A stretch of 64,000 nt of DNA, taken from positions 14,487 through 78,486 of the forward strand of contig CAZUFC010000023.1 of the NCBI GenBank assembly GCA_964619725.1, written 5' to 3'. Shown here piece after piece: positions 1 through 8,346 of the stretch. The notes under the pieces were generated by a model that was not told the origin of the DNA, ran no database searches, and saw only the letters and a program-made list of their open reading frames with translations. The position numbers and the translations under genes are program-made. Every line of letters begins with the position of its first letter. Within the stretch, counting starts at the first letter, position 1. Source of the DNA: an uncultured bacterium (lineage in GTDB: Bacteria; CSSED10-310; CAZUFC01).

Positions 1-2
1 CG

Positions 3-170
3 GGAACGCCGGAGATGCGCACCCCGAAACAAACGGCTTTAATGCTGAAACGGATGCTCAAGAATCCGGCGCTGACCGATAAAATGAACCAAAATGTAAT
101 AAAAGCAAGGGCTGCCGGTATTTATGACGGCGCTGAAAAAGCTGTGGAGACTACTCTCTCTGAAAAATAA
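3..170 (+). CDS. 3' end of a CDS entering the window (hypothetical, possibly glycosyltransferase-like)
   Basis: Open frame from nt 3 to TAA at 168-170: GTPEMRTPKQTALMLKRMLKNPALTDKMNQNVIKARAAGIYDGAEKAVETTLSEK*. It converges on the next gene. Not in the ORF track. Confidence 0.55.
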   Translation, partial: GTPEMRTPKQTALMLKRMLKNPALTDKMNQNVIKARAAGIYDGAEKAVETTLSEK

Positions 171-187
171 AGAGTAGTGATATTCTT

Positions 188-583
188 TTAATTCCCATAA
201 TCGAATTCCCAGGTGTCGAGGTTGCTGGTCAGCGTGTTGAAATTCCTGTCCGTCATGGCCGTATACCATTTGAGACCGTAACCGGAACCCGTTCCGCCGG
301 GCCAGTTAAAGGCGGTAACCGGTATGATTCTTTTGATGTCCAAAGGATCAGCGTCTACTGAATAATAATCCATGGCGCCGGTGAAAGAAGGTCCCATGTA
401 GTAATTGCCGTAAGCTTCCAGGATCAGGAACAGGGGATAATTCGAAGGAGCGTCGGCATGAGCGTACCAGATGTCCAGCCAACAAGTATCTCCAGGCGTA
501 TAATATGTATCCGGCATGATCATTTTCACTCTGCCGGGATTCGCCGATTCGATCCAAACCTCTACATTAAAGCCCCGCGACAT
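188..583 (-). CDS. Stand-alone or orphaned copy of the FxYG-type C-terminal domain
   Basis: Aligns motif-by-motif with the C-termini of the 5380..8130 and 23590..25668 proteins (YYTPGD, LEAYGNY, FNWP, GLKW, FDYGN-stop). No signal peptide and no obvious RBS. Confidence 0.7.
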   Translation of the reverse strand: MSRGFNVEVWIESANPGRVKMIMPDTYYTPGDTCWLDIWYAHADAPSNYPLFLILEAYGNYYMGPSFTGAMDYYSVDADPLDIKRIIPVTAFNWPGGTGSGYGLKWYTAMTDRNFNTLTSNLDTWEFDYGN

Positions 584-601
584 GCTGCTTTTAGTTCCAG
601 C

Positions 602-802
602 TTATCCCGGAATATCGTCGATCCACAACAAATGAGCTTCAAGACTTGATTCTTGTATACCGTCGAGAAATTTCCGATCGGCAGTAACCATCCTGGCATT
701 TAAACTTCTTGCGAAGGCCAGATACAGACAATCATAAATGCTTTTTTGAAGTTGAATCGATAAACGGTATGCCTGTTCCACGAACAAATTTAAATCAGAT
801 TT
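602..802 (-). pseudogene. Truncated PIN-domain (VapC-like) toxin remnant
   Basis: AYRLSIQLQKSIYDCLYLAFARSLNARMVTADRKF matches the C-terminal half of a PIN domain (YD..YLALA...LVTAD). An in-frame TAA lies just upstream, so the N-terminal half is missing, and no antitoxin gene is present. Confidence 0.7.
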
Positions 803-1145
803 TTAAGACATACTTTCTCTTTTTGCCTTTTTTCAACTTTTCCGCAATTGTATCGTCAAGATAGCGAACGAGATTTTGAGTCAAAAATATCACTCACAGT
901 GACAAAAGCTAGCAATATGAGAGAAAAATTTATGCATCCTGGTCAAGCGGAATAACCTCGGACAATATAATTCCGGCGATTATTCCCAAAAACCAAATCC
1001 CATTCGGCCTTGTGCCGCATTAACTTAAGTTTGACTTTTATCAATAGTATCCGTTGAAGATTTTCTCCGTTATTTTGATGAATGAAGTAAGAGTGGAAGT
1101 TCGAGATGCTGTGACGTTTTTTTTCTCACGATCACTTCAAAATTT

Positions 1146-1367
1146 TTATGTATGATCTTCCTTCTTGCTGGATTCTGTTTTTCGCGGCCGGCTTTCTCCT
1201 GTTCCACCCTTTGGTGGACTTATGGAAACAGAGATTTGTTTTGGTTGGAAACCTCTTCTTTCAGAAGGCTGATATCCGTCTTTAACAGGTTGATAACCTT
1301 TAATACCCTCTATTGATGTTATTTGTATTTTTTTTGTTCGATGATTGTTAGTTTTCTTTGGACTCAT
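1146..1367 (-). CDS. Small basic peptide with three G[YF]QP repeats and a PPKGG motif
   Basis: GGAGG RBS upstream. Overlaps the upstream gene's 3' end by 20 nt. Contains GYQP-GYQP-GFQP repeats. Confidence 0.65.
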   Translation of the reverse strand: MSPKKTNNHRTKKIQITSIEGIKGYQPVKDGYQPSERRGFQPKQISVSISPPKGGTGESRPRKTESSKKEDHT

Positions 1368-1971
1368 CTAATTCCTCCATTTTAAGAATTTCGAAAAATT
1401 CCAGGTAGTCAAAAAAATCCTTATCTATCCACATTCCTTTAGTGTTTTCAATTTTTTCGAGAAATTCACCTTTTTCATTTACCCGCCAAACCTCTTCGAG
1501 ATAAATTTCTTCCTTAAAGGGTAATGAAGAGGCAAAAGAATTAGTACCGTAAAGACCTCCAATCAGTCTATTGTTCTTCAAATGAACAATCACATAACAA
1601 GGAAGGCCAGTCCCAAAGAAGTAATCCCAGGATTTCGGCGTAGGGTGAATCACTAATCCACGCAACAGGTGACTTCTAAGAAGGAGGAGGATAATTATTG
1701 GCCAAACTACAGGAAGGACAAATAAGAACAGGAAAACGAAAAATTTGAAAAGAGTTGGATGCGCTGTTTGAAATTCTGGTTTTACGGCGGTTAACATAAT
1801 TAAAATTGTGAAGTTAATACAGCTGTAACTTACGGCTTCCAAAAGATAATTAGAAAGTTTCCGGGTTTCTGACGGTACGAGTAGAGACCAGATTTTCATT
1901 GAAATAAAACCCGGAATTACAAACAAAAAGAACAAATTTATTTTTTCTGTAGCCAAAATTTCCATGAACAT
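1348..1971 (-). CDS. DUF6338-like membrane protein
   Basis: N-terminal F.IPGF.S helix and three TM segments, then HPTPKSWDYFF, IGG.YG..SFAS and IYLEEVW motifs. Confidence 0.75.
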   Translation of the reverse strand: MFMEILATEKINLFFLFVIPGFISMKIWSLLVPSETRKLSNYLLEAVSYSCINFTILIMLTAVKPEFQTAHPTLFKFFVFLFLFVLPVVWPIIILLLLRSHLLRGLVIHPTPKSWDYFFGTGLPCYVIVHLKNNRLIGGLYGTNSFASSLPFKEEIYLEEVWRVNEKGEFLEKIENTKGMWIDKDFFDYLEFFEILKMEELDESKEN

Positions 1972-2414
1972 TCCTTCTAACTCACATTGGTTTTAACATT
2001 TGTCCTAAAGTGCAATGAATATCATTATTCCTTGTCATATCGCCAATCTGCAAATCATCCGAATTTCCTTGAATATTCAACCAATCGAGTCTGCAATGCC
2101 TTCCTTATCCTATTAATCATTGATAACCGCAAAAGATGCGATCATCACCTTTAATAATTTTATTCATTTTACAACGATAAGACAAATATTTGTGGTAGAA
2201 ATGAAATTCGATGCCGCTCTGCTTTCGAGCGGAATTCGCCTAGGATTAAATTATGGTGAGAGATTCGTATGGTTATGTTATCCCTAATGAGACTTTTATA
2301 CGAATCCGAATAGTTTTAAGCAAGGTCAACATTATAATTGAATTGTTCTTGAGCGCCTGCCGATAAATTAAAATCCATATTCAAATTTGAGCGCTGGACT
2401 GAAAATCGTCAGAT

Positions 2415-3983
2415 TCACGCCTGCAAATCCGGCATTCTGAAGCGGTTCCTGTCAATTTCGTATTTTCTCATTTTGGAACGGAGGGTATTGGGGTTAATTC
2501 GAAGCAGTCTTGCGGCGCCGTAGGGTCCTTCTATCAGTCCTCTGGTGGCTTTCAGGGCGCATTCTATGTGGTTGATTATTGCCTGGTCCAGCGTGGGGAA
2601 AGGGGTTGCCGGCAGTTTTTCTGTTTTTTGAGGTTCTTCTTTTGTTTTTTGTTCGGGGGTTGCAGCATGAAACCCGCCCAGGGCTTTTTCTATTTCCAGC
2701 CTTTCGCCGTTTCCCAAGATGGCGGCGCGGTCGATCACTGCCGCCAGTTCTCTTATGTTTCCCGGCCAGGAATAATTCATCAGCAGGTCGATATCGTCCA
2801 GGGTCGGGACCAGCGGCGGAAGGCCGAAACGCCGGGAGGCCCGTTCCGCGAAATGGGTGACCAGCGCCGGCATGTCCTGCGGCCGGTTTCTCAAAGGCGG
2901 CAGATGGATCGGAAAAACCGCTATCCTGTACCATAAGTCGGCCCGGAATTTTCCCTCGGAAACCATCCTGCCCAGGTCCCTGTGAGTCGCCGCCGTAATG
3001 CGGACGTCGACCGTCAACTGTCGCTGACCGCCCACACGCTCGAACGTACCGTCCTGAAGTATCCTCAATAACCTCACCTGCGCAGCCTGCGGCAGCTCAC
3101 CGATCTCATCCAGAAATAAAGTTCCTTGATCCGCCCGCTCAAACCAGCCCTGATGCATGCTGACCGCTCCCGTAAAACTGCCCCGCTCATGACCGAAAAG
3201 CTCCGAATCGACCAGCTCCGGCGGGATCGCCCCGCAGTTCACCCTTAAAAACGGACCCTCTGAACGAGTCGACCGCGTGTGAATTGCCCGGGCTATTACC
3301 TCCTTGCCCGAACCCGTCTCGCCGAATATCAGCACCGGCACCGACGACCGGCTCACCATCTTTACGCGCTCCATCACCGGCTCCAATCCCCCCTCTGCAC
3401 CCACTATCGCCTCGCTGATCTTTTTCCTTCCCAGCTTCGTCAACAACGAACGACGATCCGCTTCCGCCGAATCACGCCGAATTTTCAATTCCCTGAATTT
3501 CGCATCATTCTCCGCTGCTGCCGATAACGGCTCGATCAACCGTCCCACCGCTTCCGCATGCGATTCGTCAAAATTCATCCCCTCTTCAGACTCAAAAATC
3601 AACAGAACAGGATATATCCTCTCTGTCGACGCTGATGCGATAAATAATTCCCCCCGCGTTTTTCCCGAACTCCACAGGGTGTTTTCCGCTTCCGACGACT
3701 CCCCGTCGACGAGCTTGAGTCCCTCCCGGCGATGCCATTCCATCAGTTTCTCCAGTTCGCACGTCTTCAATTGTTCTACAGACCTTTCCAGTGTTCCTCC
3801 GGCAGAGGTCCGCACCGTTTCCGCATATGAACGCTCCAGGTCTATGCGCCGCAACAGGACCGACTTTACCGGCAGCAGTTGCCGGATCAGGGGCATAACG
3901 GCCGGAAGCGTTTCGCTGATGGCGGTAAAGCGCGATGTTTTTTCCCATATACGTATCAGGATGGACTCGACATTGTTTTTCAT
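2415..3983 (-). CDS. Sigma-54-dependent enhancer-binding protein (FhlA/HyfR-like; GAF-like N-terminus, AAA+, Fis HTH)
   Basis: Walker A GETGSGKE, ELFGHERGSFTGA loop, Walker B LFLDEIGE, WPGNIREL, and C-terminal GAARLLRINPNTLRSKM HTH. Confidence 0.95.
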   Translation of the reverse strand: MKNNVESILIRIWEKTSRFTAISETLPAVMPLIRQLLPVKSVLLRRIDLERSYAETVRTSAGGTLERSVEQLKTCELEKLMEWHRREGLKLVDGESSEAENTLWSSGKTRGELFIASASTERIYPVLLIFESEEGMNFDESHAEAVGRLIEPLSAAAENDAKFRELKIRRDSAEADRRSLLTKLGRKKISEAIVGAEGGLEPVMERVKMVSRSSVPVLIFGETGSGKEVIARAIHTRSTRSEGPFLRVNCGAIPPELVDSELFGHERGSFTGAVSMHQGWFERADQGTLFLDEIGELPQAAQVRLLRILQDGTFERVGGQRQLTVDVRITAATHRDLGRMVSEGKFRADLWYRIAVFPIHLPPLRNRPQDMPALVTHFAERASRRFGLPPLVPTLDDIDLLMNYSWPGNIRELAAVIDRAAILGNGERLEIEKALGGFHAATPEQKTKEEPQKTEKLPATPFPTLDQAIINHIECALKATRGLIEGPYGAARLLRINPNTLRSKMRKYEIDRNRFRMPDLQA

Positions 3984-4008
3984 CCGTTTTCTCCTTATGA
4001 AAGGTTTT

Positions 4009-4024
4009 CCGTTAAATATAACGG
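4009..4024. promoter_or_regulatory. Palindrome CCGTTA-N4-TAACGG, candidate activator binding site (UAS)
   Basis: Perfect 6-bp inverted repeat ~100 bp upstream of the sigma-54 promoter, between the divergent genes. Confidence 0.4.
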
Positions 4025-4118
4025 TCAGCCTTAAAATAAAAAATACATGGAAAATTCCAAAAGTGCAACTCGATAATTAAGTTATTAAATATAAACATTT
4101 TTTGAGTATGCATTACTG

Positions 4119-4134
4119 CCGGCACGAAAAATGC
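4119..4134 (+). promoter_or_regulatory. Sigma-54 -24/-12 promoter for the TauE gene
   Basis: CCGGCACGAAAAATGC gives GG(4121-22)-N10-GC(4133-34), and it lies divergent from a sigma-54 activator gene. Confidence 0.7.
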
Positions 4135-4177
4135 CCTTTAACCCATGATGATTTTTTTTGTCAAAGGAGGAATCATA

Positions 4178-5101
4178 ATGTCGGATCAGAAAGGAAATGT
4201 AATGTGTACGAGGACGAACCGCGAGAAGCTTCAAATGCGTCGATTAAAGATTTGGGGCATATCGTTGCTGTCGATAGTAGTGATATTGGGATGGCAGATC
4301 GTATTTCCCGAGCATGGTATAATTCCAGAGCTGGTGGGATCGATGAATTCGGGGAAGATATTGGGTATATTTATGCTGGCTTTGTTGTGCGAGTATATTG
4401 ATTCAAGTTTGGGAATGGGATACGGGACGACGTTGACGCCATTGTTGCTTCTGGCCGGATTCGAGCCGCTGCAGATAGTTCCGGCGATATTGCTGAGCGA
4501 GTGCATAACGGGAATAACGGCGGGTTTGATGCATCACCATGACGGGAATGTAGATTTTTTACGTGACCGGAAAGCGCAGCAGACGGCGTTGCTTCTGGGC
4601 GCGTTGAGCGCTGTGGGTTCGATAACGGCAGTAACGCTGGCGATAAGGATATCGGGATTCTGGTTGAAGGCGATCATCGGGACGATCATATTATCGGTGG
4701 GAATACTAATACTGGCGACTTTACGGAAACGATTGTCGTATAAGCGAGGTCATATCATCGGATTAGGGGCGCTGGCGGCTTTCAACAAGGGAATAAGCGG
4801 CGGCGGGTACGGGCCTTTGGTAACGGGCGGCCAGATCGTTTCAGGGTTATCGCCGAAGAACGCCATAGCGATCACCTCAATAGCGGAAGGGGTAACCTGT
4901 TTCATCGGGTTAATTGCGTATTTAATAACGACGGGCGCTCCCGACTGGGCGTTAGCTGTGCCTTTGACGACCGGCGCGCTTATGTCCGTGCCGATGGCTA
5001 CGTTGACGGTCAGGAAGTTTCCCGAAAAAGCCATACGATGCAGCATAGGGGCGCTGACCTGCCTTTTGGGGATATTGACATTCGTTAAGTTGTTTGTTTG
5101 A
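4178..5101 (+). CDS. Sulfite exporter TauE/SafE family membrane protein
   Basis: IDSSLGMGYGTTLTP and its internal repeat KGISGGGYGPLVTG, with multiple TM helices. Start moved to ATG 4178, which follows AGGAGG. Confidence 0.9.
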   Translation: MSDQKGNVMCTRTNREKLQMRRLKIWGISLLSIVVILGWQIVFPEHGIIPELVGSMNSGKILGIFMLALLCEYIDSSLGMGYGTTLTPLLLLAGFEPLQIVPAILLSECITGITAGLMHHHDGNVDFLRDRKAQQTALLLGALSAVGSITAVTLAIRISGFWLKAIIGTIILSVGILILATLRKRLSYKRGHIIGLGALAAFNKGISGGGYGPLVTGGQIVSGLSPKNAIAITSIAEGVTCFIGLIAYLITTGAPDWALAVPLTTGALMSVPMATLTVRKFPEKAIRCSIGALTCLLGILTFVKLFV

Positions 5102-5129
5102 GGGAAAAAATTTGAAGGGTTAAAGAAAT

Positions 5130-5209
5130 AAAAGGACAAAAGGACGAAAAGGACTAAAAGGACCAAAAGGACTAAAGGGACCAAAAGGAATCAAGGGAGA
5201 TGAGGGACT
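5130..5209 (+). repeat. Tandem array of ~9 degenerate 9-bp units (AAAAGGACN)
   Basis: aaaaggac aaaaggacg aaaaggact aaaaggacc aaaaggact aaagggacc aaaaggaat caagggaga tgagggact. Confidence 0.85.
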
Positions 5210-5252
5210 TTCGGGGTACAATTCTGGTTGATGTATCGCCGGGGAAAGAGCC

Positions 5253-5340
5253 GGCCCGGCGGCGACAAGGGAAGTCCGCCGGGCCTGCTTTATCTGATGA
5301 GTTGATTGAGTAAGGATTGCGCCTGTTATGGAACAGGCGC
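5253..5340. terminator. Two hairpins between convergent genes
   Basis: GGCCCGGCGG/CCGCCGGGCC stem and GCGCCTGTT-ATGG-AACAGGCGC stem. Confidence 0.5.
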
Positions 5341-5379
5341 TTCCTCACAGTTTGATCGCGTTATTGCGTTTTTTTTGAA

Positions 5380-8130
5380 TCAATACCCATAAGCGAACTC
5401 GCGGCTGCAGAGGTCGCAGATGAAATCGAAGGTACCGGGATAGAAGACGGCAGCGTGGAAGTACAGGCCGTCGGCTTCGCCGGAATTTTGCGGCCATACG
5501 AACTGCAGAATGGGAGTGAGGTGTTCTCCTTCGTGGAATGTCCAGTCGGGCATAAAGTCCAGGTCTTGCGTCCAGGAGGGAAAGAAGAAATAAAGGCCGT
5601 ATACGTCCAGCAGGATATAGAGGTCAGCGGGGATAGCTGATGTGCTGTTGAATGAGATGAGGTAGAGGGAGAAGAATTCTCCTGGTCTGTAGTATGTTTG
5701 GGAAGTGTGGACAGTAATGTACCTGTCAGGTTCGGGAGTGGCAGTGGGTTGGACGGTGGGAGTGGGAGTGGCGACGGGGAACCTGTGGAAACCCATATCG
5801 ACGATGCCTGCGTCTATCTGGTGATCCGTTCTGGTGGTCATGTTGTCCATGCCGAAGTTGACGGATTGTCCGCTGCCGGTGTTCCAGCAGGGACTGTTAT
5901 CATCCTGGCCTGCGGCGATCTGGCTGAGATAGTAGTTTCCGCTGGGGCCGCGAATGAACATCGGGTCATCGGAAAAGGAGCCTTCGCCCATTTGAGCGGT
6001 CCCGCCGACATCGCCGTCGGGATTGTTCCAGAAAGCGTTATATTCGATTTCAAGAGCTTCCGTGCCGTAGGCGAAAACGCCTTCTCCGGCAACGCAGTTC
6101 GTAATGATATTGTTGATTATTTCCGATTCGGGAGAGTCGAGACAGTATATGGCAGCGCCCGACTCGACAGCTTCATTTTCGTCGAATGTATTGTTGCAGA
6201 TATAAGGCCTGCTGTAGGTGGCTGAAATGCCTCCGCCGTTGTGGCCTGTGTTGGATATGATGAGATTGTTGGTTATCTCCGGTTCTGCACCGTTGCGACA
6301 GTATATTCCGCCGCCGTCCGTATCGGACGAATTGTTCATGATGGTGCAGTTGGTGATGACGGGAGAGGAATCGTCGCAAAGGATTCCCGCGCCGAAATTG
6401 CCTTCATTGTTGATTATTCTGCAATGACTAATTCTGGCTTGAGCGTCGTTTTTACAGGTGATTCCTCCGCCGAACCATATCGGATCGCCTTCTCCGTGCC
6501 CGTTTCTGATGGTGAAACCTTCAATCATAGTGGCGCTGGTTTCATAGAATCGCAGAGAAACGGTCGTATTGGAGCCGTTGCCGTCTATAATAGTGTTCAT
6601 TGGTCCTTCAATGCTCCTCAGGATAATGGCCTTGCCGAGAAAATTGATGTTTTCCACGTATGTTCCGGGAGAGACCAGGATGGTGTCCCGGCTTTTTGAG
6701 GCATTAATGGCTTCCTGAATGGTTTCGAAATCCTGAGGGACTCGCCAGATATGGGGCGTCGGAGTCATTGTGACGGTGAAAGTGCCCGTAGGCGTGGGAG
6801 TCAGAGTTGCGGTAGGGGTGGAGGACGGCGTTCGAGTCGGCGTCCGTGTCGGCGTAAATGTGGGGACATTTCCCGGAATGTAATGCATGCCCATATCCAC
6901 CGTTCCCGTATCTTGAATCTGGTCCAGCCGGCAAGTCCAATCGCTCAAGCAAAGCGATTCGCCCGTGAACAGAAAACAAACAGCGGTCGCGAAATCATGA
7001 CCGGCATTGATGCAGGGGCTGGTTTCGGATTGTCCCGCTTCCTGATGCGACAGATAAAGCCGTCCGCCGCTGAAAACATACAGCGGATTCAGGGATATGT
7101 CGTTGGCTCCCGGAGTCGCTGACCCGCCGTAATTACCGTCATGGTTCTGCCAGAGGTTATTGTAATCCGCATCAGGACTGCAGTTTGCCGTTACATATAT
7201 TCCTTCGCCGTCGGTCGAATTGGTTATAATGTTGCTCTTTATCGTCGGCGATGAGTTGTCCATGCAGTAAAAAGCCCCGCCGAAAAGCGAAGCCCAGTTC
7301 ATGTTGAACGTGTTATTGATAAATTCCGGCGAGGATTGCTGCATGAATACTGCTCCACCGTATCTTGCGTCATTGTCGGTAAAAAGGTTGGAAATGAAAA
7401 CAGGCGATGAATTGAGCATGCAATAAACAGCGCCGCCGTCGAATTCAGCGGAATTGTTGTTGAAAAGATTCTGAATGAAAGTGGGAGAAGAGTCTTCACA
7501 GAAAACTGCGCCGCCTTTTACTCCGTTGTTATACAAAAACTTGCAGTTTTCGATCACTGGTGAAGAACCGTCTTTGCATGTTATTGCTCCCCCCGCATAC
7601 TCCGGACCTCCGCTGCCGGCTCCCGCCTTCAGGGTGAATCCGCACAAAAATGCGTCAGAAGTTTCTCCAGAAACGAAGGATGCGACGCAACCATTATTCG
7701 TACCGTGTATCAAAGTCGAATCGCTCCCCGATTCGCTCTCCACCGTAATGCCCTTTCCCAGGTAATCGATGTGCTCGTAATACGTGCCCGGAGCGACTAA
7801 GACGATGTTGCCCGCTACCGCTATGTTGATGGCATCCTGGATGCTGGGCTGGTCCGCAGGCACCCGGATTATGTTGGAATGCCACGTCGGCGTCGGAGTC
7901 GGCGATGCCGTCGGAGTCCTCGTTGCCGTGGGAGTACGCGTGGGAGTTAATGTCGGAGTTTCCGTAGGCGCATATGTTGGAGACTGAAGCAGCGAGGCTT
8001 GATCGATGCGGCTTGTCGATGTAATTACATCGGGATGAACATATGCCGCATAGGCAGGAAAATTGAGCAGAGTCAAAAAAAACGACGATAGAAACAACAG
8101 CAATCCTTGATTTATCAGGAACTTCTTCAT
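5380..8130 (-). CDS. Secreted protein with two right-handed parallel beta-helix (pectin-lyase-like, GGA[IV]xC repeat) domains, Thr/Pro linkers and an FxYG-type C-terminal domain
   Basis: Signal peptide ending AYA. Duplicated RVP.D..[ST]IQ[DE]AI...LV.PGTY.E.I..LGK and YLS...AGQ...SPC...VDMG.H modules. TPTPT linkers. GAGGAGG RBS. Confidence 0.9.
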   Translation of the reverse strand: MKKFLINQGLLLFLSSFFLTLLNFPAYAAYVHPDVITSTSRIDQASLLQSPTYAPTETPTLTPTRTPTATRTPTASPTPTPTWHSNIIRVPADQPSIQDAINIAVAGNIVLVAPGTYYEHIDYLGKGITVESESGSDSTLIHGTNNGCVASFVSGETSDAFLCGFTLKAGAGSGGPEYAGGAITCKDGSSPVIENCKFLYNNGVKGGAVFCEDSSPTFIQNLFNNNSAEFDGGAVYCMLNSSPVFISNLFTDNDARYGGAVFMQQSSPEFINNTFNMNWASLFGGAFYCMDNSSPTIKSNIITNSTDGEGIYVTANCSPDADYNNLWQNHDGNYGGSATPGANDISLNPLYVFSGGRLYLSHQEAGQSETSPCINAGHDFATAVCFLFTGESLCLSDWTCRLDQIQDTGTVDMGMHYIPGNVPTFTPTRTPTRTPSSTPTATLTPTPTGTFTVTMTPTPHIWRVPQDFETIQEAINASKSRDTILVSPGTYVENINFLGKAIILRSIEGPMNTIIDGNGSNTTVSLRFYETSATMIEGFTIRNGHGEGDPIWFGGGITCKNDAQARISHCRIINNEGNFGAGILCDDSSPVITNCTIMNNSSDTDGGGIYCRNGAEPEITNNLIISNTGHNGGGISATYSRPYICNNTFDENEAVESGAAIYCLDSPESEIINNIITNCVAGEGVFAYGTEALEIEYNAFWNNPDGDVGGTAQMGEGSFSDDPMFIRGPSGNYYLSQIAAGQDDNSPCWNTGSGQSVNFGMDNMTTRTDHQIDAGIVDMGFHRFPVATPTPTVQPTATPEPDRYITVHTSQTYYRPGEFFSLYLISFNSTSAIPADLYILLDVYGLYFFFPSWTQDLDFMPDWTFHEGEHLTPILQFVWPQNSGEADGLYFHAAVFYPGTFDFICDLCSREFAYGY

Positions 8131-8183
8131 CTCAACCTCCTCGTTAGAGTTGAAGTTCTATTTTTAAATCCGCAAGAGGAGAG

Positions 8184-8199
8184 GCAAGAAGTATGCCTG
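8184..8199 (-). promoter_or_regulatory. Sigma-54 -24/-12 promoter upstream of the beta-helix gene
   Basis: Minus strand reads CAGGCATACTTCTTGC, i.e. GG-N10-GC with TTGC at -12, ~55 nt before the ATG. Confidence 0.65.
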
Positions 8200-8346
8200 A
8201 ATTAAAAATTAAAGCTTCAAAAGATGAAAACGCTGAAAAGACAAGCCCGGAAAGTGAAAAACCGCTGGTTGATGCGTATGAATCCGCGGCAGGTCAGGCG
8301 CAGCCGCGCGCGTCTTTTGGGGTACAGGCGGGCATTATGCTGCCTG

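Noticed and set aside
3304-4080. 258-aa plus-strand ORF and other long antisense ORFs (e.g. 8836..9498, 11602..12342, 12355..13017)
   Set aside because: They lie opposite well-supported genes and show no recognisable motifs.
5130-5209. CRISPR array
   Set aside because: The units are 9 bp, contiguous and have no spacers; no cas genes are in the window.
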